Shown here in pieces: positions 1 to 9,353 of a DNA stretch of 64,000 bases. The notes under the pieces were generated by a model. That model worked only from the letters and a program-made list of their open reading frames with translations, was not told where the DNA came from and did not search any database. Position 1 is the first letter of the stretch. The number at the start of each line of letters is the position of its first letter. Source of the stretch: Patescibacteria group bacterium (lineage in GTDB: Bacteria; Patescibacteriota; Minisyncoccia; UBA6257; 2-01-FULL-56-20); assembly GCA_038063755.1 (NCBI GenBank), contig JBBTUL010000012.1:64572-128571 (forward strand), given 5' to 3'. Made by a program: the position numbers and the translations under genes.

Positions 1-1837
1 AGTTGTCTTGAGCTATGTCGGATGCTCCTCGAACGGCAATCGCAACATGGGCGAGCTTAAGGGCCGGGGCATCGTTGAATCCCTCACCAAGGAATCCGAC
101 AAGAGATTTTTCTTTCAACAGCTCGATGATTTCATATTTCTGCATTGGAAGCATGCGAGCGAAAACGTTTCGAGAAGAAGCCTCTCTCTTTTTTTCCTCG
201 AGCGACAAACGGTCGAATTCTTCTCCGGTTATGACGCGAGACTCGTGTTCGATAATTCCCGACTCACATCCAACCCAGCCAGCGACCTCTCGACTGTCTC
301 CAGTGATTATTTTTATCTGGACACCGAGCCTTCGGGCGTCTTTGACGGCTTGTTTCGTGCTTGGCTTGAGTGGATCAAAAAAGGAAACCATGCCTATAAA
401 ACCAAGATTGCGTTCGGATTGTTTTCCGATTTTCGTAGTCGTAGATGGAAAAAGCCTTTTTGCGACAGCCAAGATGCGATCGCCGCGTTGTCCTTGTTGA
501 TTTGCCCAAGCCTCCCCTTCGACTAGAAGCTTTTTTTTGAGTCCAGAAAGGGAGAAAATCACCTCCGGGGCCCCGCGCACATAAAGAGCCGATTTTTTTC
601 CCTCGCGAACGAGAATGGATTCTCTTTTTCGCTCTGGATCAAAAGGAACAAGGTCGAGGATCTCTCGACCATGGAATGCCTGGATGAGCGCTTTTGGCGC
701 GATGATTTTAAGCGCTTCGTCGAAAGCGCTCTTGTCCTTTTGAATTCCCGGGGTTGCCGCCGATCCCAAAAGGCATCCTTCGAGAACTGCCTGCTTGCTT
801 CCGAAGGTTTGATGCACGGCAAGCTTGTTTTCGGTAATCGTTCCGGTTTTATCGGTGCAAAGAATCTGAATACTGCCAAGGTCCTCAATCGCAGACAGGC
901 GTCGGGGGACGACATTTTTCTTTGCAAGCGCTACCGCGCCCCTGGTAAGCGAAAGAGTGGTAACGAGAGGGAGCGTTTCGGGAACAACGCTTATCATGAG
1001 AGCAACAGAAAAAAGAGAAAAAAGTGGCAGCGAAAAAGAATCGCGATGAACAATAAGGTTGATTATGAATATCAAAACTGTCGTAGAAAGGGCTAGCTTC
1101 AAAATGAATTTACTAAACTGGTTGATGCCAGCCTCGAACGCGCTTTCTTCGTTTGTTTTCGCAACGACAGAAGCGATTGATCCAACAGAACTTTCTTTGC
1201 CCGTTGCGAAGATAAGAAGCGATGCTTCGCCGCCGGTAAGCGTTGTGCGGGCAAATCCGATATTGTGTGCTTCAAAGGGTGTTTTTGCCTGCTGAGGCAA
1301 GGCACCTGCCCTTTTTCTTACCGGAGAAGATTCTCCCGTAAGAGCTGATTCATCCACGACGACCCCTTCTGCGGTTAAAAAGCACCCATCTGCGGGAATC
1401 ATATCCCCGGCTCTTAAGAGCACGATGTCTCCTGGAACCACGCATTCAACCGGAACAATTTCCGGATGTCCGTCCCGCAAGACCAAAGATTCTCTTTTCT
1501 CGAATTCACGAAGCAACTCGAGCGACCGCTCGGCACGGAATTCTTGTATAAATCCAAGAGTGGCATTTAGCAAAAGAAATCCAAAGACAAGCAGGGCATC
1601 TACGTACTCCTTAAGAAAGAACGAAATAAGTGCGGCTGCGGCGAGAAGATATACAAAAGAAGATTTGAATTGGCGGATTGCGACCTGCGTCCAGGAGCTA
1701 CTCCTTCCTTTGTAGGCATTCTCTCCTTGTTCGGCGAGGATTTCGCGAGCTCTTTCACTGTCGAGCCCGTGAGCAGTTCCTCCAAGCGCAGAGAGAAGAG
1801 CATCGGATTTTTGTGCCGAGGCCGAGGAAAAGTCCAT
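1..1837 (-). CDS. Cation-transporting P-type ATPase, MgtA-like, partial (C-terminus beyond window start)
   Basis: Manual reverse-complement translation gives one open frame from the ATG (rc of 1835-1837) to position 2, with an in-frame upstream stop at 1898-1900. Motifs: PADGCFLTAEGVVVDESALTGES (TGES), ILCTDKTGTITEN (DKTGT phosphorylation site), IKIITGDSREVA, GEGFNDAPALK (GDGxNDxP hinge). Absent from the ORF track because the stop lies outside the window. Confidence 0.85.
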   Translation of the reverse strand, partial: MDFSSASAQKSDALLSALGGTAHGLDSERAREILAEQGENAYKGRSSSWTQVAIRQFKSSFVYLLAAAALISFFLKEYVDALLVFGFLLLNATLGFIQEFRAERSLELLREFEKRESLVLRDGHPEIVPVECVVPGDIVLLRAGDMIPADGCFLTAEGVVVDESALTGESSPVRKRAGALPQQAKTPFEAHNIGFARTTLTGGEASLLIFATGKESSVGSIASVVAKTNEESAFEAGINQFSKFILKLALSTTVLIFIINLIVHRDSFSLPLFSLFSVALMISVVPETLPLVTTLSLTRGAVALAKKNVVPRRLSAIEDLGSIQILCTDKTGTITENKLAVHQTFGSKQAVLEGCLLGSAATPGIQKDKSAFDEALKIIAPKALIQAFHGREILDLVPFDPERKRESILVREGKKSALYVRGAPEVIFSLSGLKKKLLVEGEAWANQQGQRGDRILAVAKRLFPSTTTKIGKQSERNLGFIGMVSFFDPLKPSTKQAVKDARRLGVQIKIITGDSREVAGWVGCESGIIEHESRVITGEEFDRLSLEEKKREASSRNVFARMLPMQKYEIIELLKEKSLVGFLGEGFNDAPALKLAHVAIAVRGASDIAQDN

Positions 1838-1885
1838 TCCATCATTGTAACAGACCCCCTCATGGTCTTGGTGTAATATAAAAGC

Positions 1886-2515
1886 ATGGACTGGAGACTA
1901 CTTACGAGCGAAGAAAGAGGTATTTTTTCGCGGCTAAAAAACCCAGAGAAGGTTCAGGATTACTTAAATAATCTTGTACCGAAATCGAAGAGAGATGACG
2001 AAGACTATCTTTCTCCGCAACGCGTGCTCCAGGGAGCGCACGCCAACTGTTTTGAAGGAGCCTTGCTCGCGGCAGCGGCGTTCTGGTTCCACGGAGGAAG
2101 GCCGATCCTCCTTGATCTCGAACCAATTAGGGGAGACGACGCGCATGTGGTAGCTCTCTTTAAAAAGCATGGCGCGTGGGGAGCAGTTGGGAAGACGAAT
2201 CATGCTGTCCTGCGTTATCGCGAGCCGGTATATAAAACCCTCCGAGAGTTGGCGCTTTCATACTTTCATGAATATTTTTTAAACAATGGAAGGAAAACGC
2301 TCCGTACATATTCTTTTCCATTCGATCTTTCGAAAAAAAAGTACAGCGGGTGGGTAGTGGATAAGGGTGATTTGGGATGGATCGCGGCAGACCTGGAAGG
2401 CTCGACGCATAAAGATATCCTTCCTTCGAAAAACATGCGGATGCGGTTGGCCGAGCCGATCGAAATAAAAGCAGGAAAGATCGTGGAGTGGAGGAGCGGG
2501 CGACGTGTTCTATAG
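1886..2515 (+). CDS. Hypothetical protein (209 aa)
   Basis: Long ORF divergent from the P-type ATPase with a 48-bp shared upstream region; non-repetitive composition; no recognisable motif. Confidence 0.55.
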   Translation: MDWRLLTSEERGIFSRLKNPEKVQDYLNNLVPKSKRDDEDYLSPQRVLQGAHANCFEGALLAAAAFWFHGGRPILLDLEPIRGDDAHVVALFKKHGAWGAVGKTNHAVLRYREPVYKTLRELALSYFHEYFLNNGRKTLRTYSFPFDLSKKKYSGWVVDKGDLGWIAADLEGSTHKDILPSKNMRMRLAEPIEIKAGKIVEWRSGRRVL

Positions 2516-2771
2516 GTGGCGACCCTTCGGTTGTGCACTTCAGGGCCGCTAGGTTGGCTTTTTCCCTCGCTTCGAATACGTATAGCGGGAGGCGCCAATG
2601 GGTTCTCGTGTCGCGGCGACAAATCTTAGTTATCCACATCCACCTCCGACGTGGATGTCTTGCTTAAGCTATACTATAAGTAGCAACTCACAACTGAAAA
2701 CATCTCGATTATTGTCCGCTTAGCGGACTTCCATAATAGGGCTCCTTTTTCGAGGGGCCCGAAACATTTTT

Positions 2772-3539
2772 ATGCGTTTTTTCTTGCAATTATTACGACA
2801 AGGCGGGAGAATGATAGGTGAGCAAATGATCGAGATATCACGTCTTACTAAAATTTATGCTGGCCGGCGCGTTGTGGACGGTCTTTCTTTTTCTGTGCAA
2901 AAAGGAAGGGTTTTTGGATTCCTGGGGCAAAATGGAGCCGGAAAGACGACGGTAATCAAGGTTGTGGTTGGCATCTCTTTGTCGGATGAGGGGTGCGTGA
3001 GAATAGAAGGACTTCCGGCCGGAGATGTTGCGATAAAAGAAAAGATAGGCTTTATGCCGGAAGCTCCCTATTTTTATGCTCGACTCACCGGACTCGAATT
3101 TCTTCGTTTTTGCGGAGATCTTTTTCGCAATCGTAGATCGAAAGACACAGCATCACATGAGGAACTACTAAAAGAGGTTGGAATATACGAAGCACGGGAC
3201 AAGCGCATTTCCACCTATTCGAAGGGCATGAAGCAAAGGCTCGGGTTCGCTCAGGCCCTAGTAAACGACCCCGACTATGTCTTCTTAGACGAACCACTTG
3301 ATGGCCTTGATCCTATCGGAAGAAGGGAAATAAAAGAAATAATCAAAAGACTCAAGACGCGCGGAAAGACGATCTTTTTTAACTCGCACATCCTCTACGA
3401 CACGGAGGAGCTTTGCGATGATGTTGGCATCATACACGAAGGAAAGCTACTTTATTCGGGGCCGGTCAAAGAGTTTTGTGCTGGACGACCTCTTGAGGCG
3501 GCATTTATTAATACCATTGAAGCTGTTTCGAGAACATGA
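2772..3539 (+). CDS. ABC transporter ATP-binding protein (ABC-2 exporter type)
   Basis: Walker A GQNGAGKTT, ABC signature YSKGMKQRLGFAQAL, Walker B VFLDEPLDGLD; probable true start at an internal Met near 2811. Confidence 0.9.
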   Translation: MRFFLQLLRQGGRMIGEQMIEISRLTKIYAGRRVVDGLSFSVQKGRVFGFLGQNGAGKTTVIKVVVGISLSDEGCVRIEGLPAGDVAIKEKIGFMPEAPYFYARLTGLEFLRFCGDLFRNRRSKDTASHEELLKEVGIYEARDKRISTYSKGMKQRLGFAQALVNDPDYVFLDEPLDGLDPIGRREIKEIIKRLKTRGKTIFFNSHILYDTEELCDDVGIIHEGKLLYSGPVKEFCAGRPLEAAFINTIEAVSRT

Positions 3540-4294
3540 ACTCAATTTGGGTTATCGCGAAAAATACATTTAAGGAGGCGATTCGAGACAGAATTCTTTA
3601 CGGCATCTTGGGCTTTGCGGTTTTTTATCTGCTAACCGATCTTTTTTTTGCAAGGCTTGCTCTGGGCGACGTGTCGATGGTGAAGAGCTTTGGTCTCGCC
3701 GGAATATATGTATGCGGCGTTGTCGTCACTGTTTTTTTGGGAGCATCCGTTCTCTATAAAGAGATCGAATCGCGAACGCTTTATTTTGTTATTTCTAAAC
3801 CCGTTACGAGAGCGGAGATAGTTCTCGGAAAGTTTTTTGGGTTGTTTGCCGCGATTGCGCTTACCATCTCTGCGATGGCCGCAATTTATCTTGGTGTCGT
3901 TGGATACGAGGCGAGGGAGTTCGACATGCTCGGACTTCTCGCAATCCTCTTCGAGCTTTTTGAGATGGGATTTTTCGTCGCACTGCTTCTTTTCTTTTCG
4001 TCTTTTGCAAGCCCGCTTACCGCGACCATCTATTCCTCGATCCTCTTGTTTTCGGGGCATCTTCTAGAGCTTGTCCTTGAAAACGCCGCGCAAATCGGAG
4101 GAATCACGCTCAGGCTTGTTTCTGGGGCATATTATATCCTCCCAAACCTCGAAAAGTTCAACATTCGCGGCCTTGCCGCGCATCATACAATGATATCCTG
4201 GCCAGTCGGAATTTCTGTTTTTGTGTACGCCGTAGCGTATAGCACACTGCTTCTATATTTCGCAATCATATGCTTCAAGCGAAGAGAGCTTTAG
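3536..4294 (+). CDS. ABC-2 family transporter permease
   Basis: ATGA start/stop overlap with the upstream ATPase gene; six predicted hydrophobic TM segments. Confidence 0.8.
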   Translation: MNSIWVIAKNTFKEAIRDRILYGILGFAVFYLLTDLFFARLALGDVSMVKSFGLAGIYVCGVVVTVFLGASVLYKEIESRTLYFVISKPVTRAEIVLGKFFGLFAAIALTISAMAAIYLGVVGYEAREFDMLGLLAILFELFEMGFFVALLLFFSSFASPLTATIYSSILLFSGHLLELVLENAAQIGGITLRLVSGAYYILPNLEKFNIRGLAAHHTMISWPVGISVFVYAVAYSTLLLYFAIICFKRREL

Positions 4295-5109
4295 GAAGAA
4301 GACTGCTTATGGCTTGCGGGGTCGTGATTTTTGCTGTGGCCATTCCCGTCGCGCAGAGCGTGCACGATTCTTTTGTCGTTCGAGCACCGAAGGTAATTGA
4401 CTTCACGCCGCTTTCGTTTATTAAGGTATTCGACCTAGGACTTCACGAAGCCGTCGCGGCAATTCGGTGGGTGTCTCTTCGTTCCGACATGCCCCTGGTG
4501 CCGGACGGGTATGAAAAACTTGACTACGAGATCCGACTTATAAATAGCCTTGATCCAAGGTTTTCACAGCCATACTATTTTTCTACAATCGTTCTTCCGG
4601 AGATTCAGAAACATCCGTATCGTGTGCAGGCGGCGGTCGAGGTCGGGAAGCGGGGAGTTAGGCTTTCGGAGCCGGATTGGCGTGTGCCATTCTATCTAGG
4701 AGCCGTGAATCATGTTTACCTGCGCGATCGCGGAGAGGCCGCAAAGTATTTCGATCTTGCAGCCCAGACCACCGGCATACCAGAGTCCATTCGGCGATTT
4801 TCTCTCGGTTACGGCATAGCCCCAAAGTCGCGAGGCGAAATGAAAGAGATTTGGCTCGCGATAGAAGCTGGAGCGAATGATAAGGATACGAAGAAGCGAG
4901 CAGAGATGCATATTCGGCATCTGGAAATCATCGAGCTTTTACAAGACGCAGTTTCGACTTATCGGGAAGAAACAGGCAGCTTTCCGAGCGCCGTTGAAGA
5001 TTTGGTAAAAGAAGGGTTTATCGCAGAAGTTCCCAAGAGTCCTTTCGGGCTCAACTTTTTTATCTACGAAGGAGGACTTATTGGAATCAAACCGCTTTCG
5101 AGCGGATAG
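4270..5109 (+). CDS. Hypothetical membrane-anchored protein (279 aa), third gene of the ABC operon
   Basis: N-terminal TM segment (LLMACGVVIFAVAIPVA); overlaps the permease stop; same strand. Confidence 0.5.
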   Translation: MLQAKRALGRRLLMACGVVIFAVAIPVAQSVHDSFVVRAPKVIDFTPLSFIKVFDLGLHEAVAAIRWVSLRSDMPLVPDGYEKLDYEIRLINSLDPRFSQPYYFSTIVLPEIQKHPYRVQAAVEVGKRGVRLSEPDWRVPFYLGAVNHVYLRDRGEAAKYFDLAAQTTGIPESIRRFSLGYGIAPKSRGEMKEIWLAIEAGANDKDTKKRAEMHIRHLEIIELLQDAVSTYREETGSFPSAVEDLVKEGFIAEVPKSPFGLNFFIYEGGLIGIKPLSSG

Positions 5110-5230
5110 AAAAGAGACCCTGCTTATTGCGCTGCCCTGGTCTTCTATGGCATAGTAACGGAAGTATTTTTTTCGTTCTTTTACATTTCGCCGCTAGGCG
5201 ATATATATCACTAAAAACAACACAAACTCT

Positions 5231-5779
5231 ATGAAAAAAACCACAATTCTGTTTGTTTTTGGAGCGATTTTTGCCATATCAATCTTTGCGGGGCCACAAG
5301 GAGCCCGCGCCGCGGACGGAGCATCGGCAATTACCCCAGAACAAGCAGCGACACTTAAAACAGCCCTCGATATTCTCGGGAAAACTCTCGACATCCTTGA
5401 GGCAAGGGTCGCCGAAGAATTAGTCCCCGAGGCTCAAATCTCTCCCACCAAGCAAACGCTCGGCACGCTTCGCGGGAGCTTGGTGGCGCTCAACACGCTT
5501 CTCGTGCAAGGAGGGGCTTCGGCATTTGCAGTTGAGACCGGAAAGACCCTTCCCGCAGAAACTTCCGTGACGAACGTTCCCGTGGACGCTGGATCGGTTG
5601 TTGTGGGGATGGACAAGGCCTCGCAAGCGGAGAGTGTTCAGACTGCGTCCTTGTTCGATACGGTAAAAACGAGAAAAGGAAGAGCTGCGGCAGTCGCAGT
5701 ATTTCTCGTGCTCGGCGCGCTTTGTCTCGTCGGGGTTGAATATTTTCGACACCGCGTACGTCCGCTTCGGACGATCTAG
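5231..5779 (+). CDS. Secreted Ala-rich protein with C-terminal TM anchor and basic tail
   Basis: Signal peptide MKKTTILFVFGAIFAISIFAGPQGARA; C-terminal AAAVAVFLVLGALCLVGV + EYFRHRVRPLRTI; followed by a terminator. Confidence 0.6.
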   Translation: MKKTTILFVFGAIFAISIFAGPQGARAADGASAITPEQAATLKTALDILGKTLDILEARVAEELVPEAQISPTKQTLGTLRGSLVALNTLLVQGGASAFAVETGKTLPAETSVTNVPVDAGSVVVGMDKASQAESVQTASLFDTVKTRKGRAAAVAVFLVLGALCLVGVEYFRHRVRPLRTI

Positions 5780-5819
5780 ACGAAAACAAAGATCCCGCAT
5801 ACAGCGGGTTTTTTGTTTG
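5747..5819 (+). repeat. 73-bp direct repeat copy 1 (last 12 codons of the 5231-5779 gene plus its terminator)
   Basis: cgacaccgcgtacgtccgcttcggacgatctagacgaaaacaaagatcccgcatacagcgggttttttgtttg recurs at 7363-7435 with about 5 mismatches. Confidence 0.8.
5794..5819 (+). terminator. Rho-independent terminator
   Basis: Hairpin cccgc-ataca-gcggg followed by TTTTTTGTTT. Confidence 0.7.
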
Positions 5820-5838
5820 AAGAAACCGGCGTAGTTTC

Positions 5839-7104
5839 CTATTTATCCGTTCCTTGACCAGTCTCCGGATCTTGGTATGGACTGAACGTAAGGGTTATAT
5901 CAAGCATTTGGGCCGCGCGCTCAAGTTTTTTTATAAATTTTTCCTTTGAGCCTTTTTCTTTCATGATGAGCGAAACATCTCCGCTTAAAGCCCTAGAAAC
6001 CGCCTTTTCCGAATAAGGAGAAACGACTCGCGCGTGAGCCTTTCGATACTCATCGAGAGCTAGTTCGTACTTTTTTTCTATTTCAGGAGAAACAATCTCT
6101 CCTTTGGACTTTTTCCTCATGACATAATAGAGTCCCGACCCAGGGCTTTCTTTGGAAATCTTTGGGTCAAGAGAAAACTCCCATACGCCGGAGGGATCGA
6201 CAACGGCTCCTTTCACCTCCGCATCGTATCCTTCTTTGCTTATAACGTTTCCGAAAAAGTCAAAGATGTCCGGCGCGGAAGGCGGAAGAATGAGCGGTGG
6301 CAGTTTTCCTTCCTTCGCGTTTTGCGTATACGACCGTACGTCGTCTTTCGTTTTTGTTTCTAATCGCATCGCCCCGCGCCACGATTCGTATTCGTCGCTT
6401 GTCATGAGCTCCTCCCATGCCGAGAAAGAGTGGTTGTGGACAGAAATAAATTGATCTATGGCTTCCGTGTATCCTTCTTTAACGACAAGGTCTACGAGCT
6501 TTTCGGTGTCAATATCAATACTTGCCGTATTCCCCTGTACGTAGGCAAGGAGGCGAGTGTTTGCTTCCGGCTTCTTCGCGAGAACGATGAGCCATTCATG
6601 TTCTGCATTTTTTGCAAGAGCCCTAAAGTCTCCTTCAAGTACGGTTTTATAATTTCCCGAAAATCCCCCTTGACCTCGTTCCGAAATGCGACTTATCGCG
6701 CTTTCTCCGCTATCGGTCCCGGAATACTCTCGGCCGCCGCCCATCGTTTGCGCTCCTATTTCTCCTGCCGAGAAAAGCATACCAAGCAGCGCAAGCGCCT
6801 TTATTTTTTTCCGGAGAACTTGAGCGCGCTCCCTGATTCGCGAGAGAGTACTCAATATGCCGCCTGTTTCAGCAAGCCGCTCAACGTCATTTCGGGGAAG
6901 GTTGCTTGCCCGAAATGCCTCTTCCAGGAACAAGTCATTATTTCCTAGAATATCCAAAGAAAGCTCCATTTTTTCCATTCTTCTGGCAACGTCGAGACCA
7001 AGCTCCGGTTCATGGGCGCGCTCGCCCTCGCACGCTTCCGAAGGCATTATTGATGGGTGTTCAGCGTGCATTTGATGGGGTGATTTTTTTCCCTTTTTCG
7101 ACAA
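5839..7104 (-). CDS. Hypothetical protein (421 aa); probably continues upstream into ORF 7063-7224 through an A7-tract frameshift
   Basis: Long ORF with an internal TM segment (ALALLGMLFSAG). An upstream out-of-frame ORF (MLAQNKKIAEKNAVALSRILQKYEDELRLIKDEERVLLLSLVEKGKKITPSNAR) joins this frame exactly if one A of the gggaaaaaaatca run is removed. Confidence 0.55.
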   Translation of the reverse strand: MSKKGKKSPHQMHAEHPSIMPSEACEGERAHEPELGLDVARRMEKMELSLDILGNNDLFLEEAFRASNLPRNDVERLAETGGILSTLSRIRERAQVLRKKIKALALLGMLFSAGEIGAQTMGGGREYSGTDSGESAISRISERGQGGFSGNYKTVLEGDFRALAKNAEHEWLIVLAKKPEANTRLLAYVQGNTASIDIDTEKLVDLVVKEGYTEAIDQFISVHNHSFSAWEELMTSDEYESWRGAMRLETKTKDDVRSYTQNAKEGKLPPLILPPSAPDIFDFFGNVISKEGYDAEVKGAVVDPSGVWEFSLDPKISKESPGSGLYYVMRKKSKGEIVSPEIEKKYELALDEYRKAHARVVSPYSEKAVSRALSGDVSLIMKEKGSKEKFIKKLERAAQMLDITLTFSPYQDPETGQGTDK

Positions 7105-7362
7105 GAGAAAGCAAAAGAACGCGCTCTTCGTCTTTTATAAGGCGCAACTCATCTTCGTATTTCTGAAGAATCCGTGAAAGCGCGACGGCATTCTTCTCAG
7201 CAATTTTCTTATTCTGTGCGAGCATACGTTAACCAAACGACACAATCAAAAAGAAGTCAAAGCCTATTTAGGCGAGGTGGGGCGAAGCGGTAGACTTTTC
7301 GAAAATCAGATGGAATCAAGCTTCGGAAGAAATACGAGCCCTTCGAGATTTTCCCATCCTTC

Positions 7363-7435
7363 CGACACCGCGTACATCCGCTTCAAACGATCTAGACGAA
7401 AACAAAGATCACGCATACAGCGGGTTTTTTGTTTG
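7363..7435 (+). repeat. 73-bp direct repeat copy 2 (orphan gene 3' end plus terminator)
   Basis: Near-identical to 5747-5819; encodes the remnant tail ...FRHRVHPLQTI* after an in-frame stop at 7290-7292; hairpin cacgc-ataca-gcggg plus T-run at 7410-7434. Confidence 0.8.
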
Positions 7436-7444
7436 GGGATTTAT

Positions 7445-8227
7445 TCAGGTAAGGTCTTTTGAATTTGCCCAAATACTATCAAAAATAGCCCTCATCATCG
7501 CGAAGTGCTCTTCGGATTGGACAAGGATGCAGTAGTTGTTTTTCCTCGAAGATATATAAAGCGTCTTGTCGTCGTAGAAAAAGATTGTCGTGGAAAATAC
7601 ATTCCTCATTTCTTTCGGTAGAAGACGCACATGGGAGAGTTCCTGGTAGTACTTCTTTAAAAAATCCTTATTCGATCCATCTTCCCAAAGATTTTTTGTT
7701 CGAATGCCGCGCCGTACTCGCTCTTCGACATAGCTTTTTGAAAAAACATCATCGTTTTGCCAGAAGGAGTTTGCGCTTGGAACTATCGAGTAGATAAGCC
7801 GGCTCCGATTATATAGCGTGTACATGACCCGCATCTTTACGGCATCAATGCCTTCAAAAAAAGAAACCTGCGGCCGCTCTTCTCCCCGCGGCTTGGACTC
7901 AATACCTTCCGCCATTTTTTTCACCTCTTCTGCGAGGTGTTCAGCCTCACGAAGTTTTTTCGTCGCAAGGCCATTTAGCGAACCTACCGGCTCGACACGA
8001 AAGACACCCTTGTCGTTTGTGGACGTTTTGCTTACCAGGCCTCTTTGCAATAGGGCATTCAAAGCATAGTAGGCCGTGGGTCGTTTTCGTCGGGTGATTT
8101 TCATGATTTCCCGCACCGAAGAAGCTCCCTCAACCATAGCAAGATACACGTCAATTTCTGATTCGCTGAGGTCGAGCTTGGCAAGTGCTTGGCGTAGGTC
8201 AGTCATTGTATAACAGTTATTATACAC
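7445..8227 (-). CDS. TrmB-family transcriptional regulator
   Basis: N-terminal winged HTH typical of TrmB (LSESEIDVYLAMVEGASSVREIMKITRRKRPTAYYALNALLQRGLV) and a C-terminal sugar-regulator-like domain; true start may be Met8 (8206). Confidence 0.75.
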   Translation of the reverse strand: MYNNCYTMTDLRQALAKLDLSESEIDVYLAMVEGASSVREIMKITRRKRPTAYYALNALLQRGLVSKTSTNDKGVFRVEPVGSLNGLATKKLREAEHLAEEVKKMAEGIESKPRGEERPQVSFFEGIDAVKMRVMYTLYNRSRLIYSIVPSANSFWQNDDVFSKSYVEERVRRGIRTKNLWEDGSNKDFLKKYYQELSHVRLLPKEMRNVFSTTIFFYDDKTLYISSRKNNYCILVQSEEHFAMMRAIFDSIWANSKDLT

Positions 8228-8295
8228 TATTGAACAAGCTTCTCCAGGGGTAGAAAATGCTTTCAGAGCATTGAAAATCCAAAAAGGAGAAGCAA

Positions 8296-8835
8296 GTGCG
8301 ATTCCATAATCTTGACTGGGAAGGGAACCCTGACGTTTCCGATAAAGAACACGAAGAATTCGAGAGGGACGTACGAGCGGCGATGGAAAAAGAAGAGAGA
8401 AGAAAAAAGAGCGAAAGCCTGCGGAAAAAAAGGAATGAAAAAAGACAAGCTTCTGGTGTCGGCGCCGATGTCGATCGGGGATGGATGGCCGCCCTGCGCG
8501 CGTTCGAGGAGGGACGTAAGCGTGGAGAGGATCGAAAGAAGATGAGCTTCCGGATCGAGGAGGCGCTTGACGCAGAAAGAAAGGAAGCAGAGAGGCGCGA
8601 AGCGGAAACGGCAGAAAAGATACGCAAGATATTTGTAGGAAAAAAGATCACCTGCGTCTCCGTCGGTATCGACAAAAGAGCAACGAGAAAAGAAAAGTCA
8701 ATCGACAGAACATGGCAAGAGATCCGCTTTTCTTTCTCCGACGGGACGGAAGCAAATATCAGGATAAAACAAGAGGGCGGAGACGATGTCTATCTCTATG
8801 TTGGCGAAAATCACTTTTGGTTGAGCGGCATATGA
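8296..8835 (+). CDS. Hypothetical highly charged (K/R/E-rich) protein, 179 aa
   Basis: GTG start at 8296 preceded by SD AAAGGAG (8284-8290); the antisense ORF 8220-8675 is Ser-rich low complexity and was rejected. Confidence 0.6.
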   Translation: MRFHNLDWEGNPDVSDKEHEEFERDVRAAMEKEERRKKSESLRKKRNEKRQASGVGADVDRGWMAALRAFEEGRKRGEDRKKMSFRIEEALDAERKEAERREAETAEKIRKIFVGKKITCVSVGIDKRATRKEKSIDRTWQEIRFSFSDGTEANIRIKQEGGDDVYLYVGENHFWLSGI

Positions 8836-8883
8836 AGACTGCTCCGAGTTCGGACAAAAAAGAACAAAAAGAAAGGAGGGGTT

Positions 8884-9309
8884 GTGAACATCGAACAGCT
8901 CATCATCACTTCTTCGATTTTCGTTCCTGCGTTTCTTGGGCACTGTATTGGGGACTACCTTCTACAGTCAAAATGGATGGCGCTTACAAAGACGTCTCGA
9001 GGTGCGACCGGCATGATTGCCTGCACTATTCATGTTCTTCTGTATGCGACCGCTGTTTGCGCGATGATCCAAGTCTTTGACTGGCGTGTATGGCTTGCTG
9101 TCGCGATCCCGCACTGGATCATTGACAGATTTTCCATCGCCGATAAATGGCTCCGAATTATCCGCGGAAGAACCCCCGAAGGCGCGGCACGGCTTGGAGA
9201 CCTGCATCGAGAATTTCACATTGCATTCTGGGCACTTGTTTACACCGCGGTTGACAACATGCTTCACCTGCTTTGTCTTTGGTTTACGACTCTTATCATG
9301 TTTACATAA
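8884..9309 (+). CDS. DUF3307-like small membrane protein
   Basis: GTG start with SD AAGGAGG; motif GHCIGDYLLQSKWMALTK resembles the DUF3307 H-x-DF-LQ signature; four TM segments. Confidence 0.6.
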   Translation: MNIEQLIITSSIFVPAFLGHCIGDYLLQSKWMALTKTSRGATGMIACTIHVLLYATAVCAMIQVFDWRVWLAVAIPHWIIDRFSIADKWLRIIRGRTPEGAARLGDLHREFHIAFWALVYTAVDNMLHLLCLWFTTLIMFT

Positions 9310-9315
9310 AAAAAC

Positions 9316-9340
9316 GACGACCCTTTTGGTCGTCTTTTTA
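9316..9340. terminator. Bidirectional rho-independent terminator
   Basis: Stem gacgacc / ggtcgtc with a cttt loop, A-run upstream and T-run downstream; sits between convergent genes 8884-9309 (+) and 9354-9629 (-). Confidence 0.7.
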
Positions 9341-9353
9341 ATTTAACAATAGA

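Noticed and set aside
8-1305. ORF-track entries 8-526+, 15-500+, 559-927-, 671-1096+, 1059-1295+, 1099-1305-
   Set aside because: All lie inside the continuous minus-strand P-type ATPase reading frame (other frames or antisense); none has motifs or an RBS.
2636-2658. Stem-loop acatccac-ctccgac-gtggatgt in the 2516-2771 intergenic region (possible sRNA or attenuator)
   Set aside because: An isolated 8-bp hairpin without a T-run or any conserved context I can verify; most likely part of the promoter region of the ABC operon.
8220-8675. Minus-strand 151-aa ORF
   Set aside because: Ser/Leu-rich low-complexity antisense of the charged plus-strand gene, which has a proper SD and GTG start.
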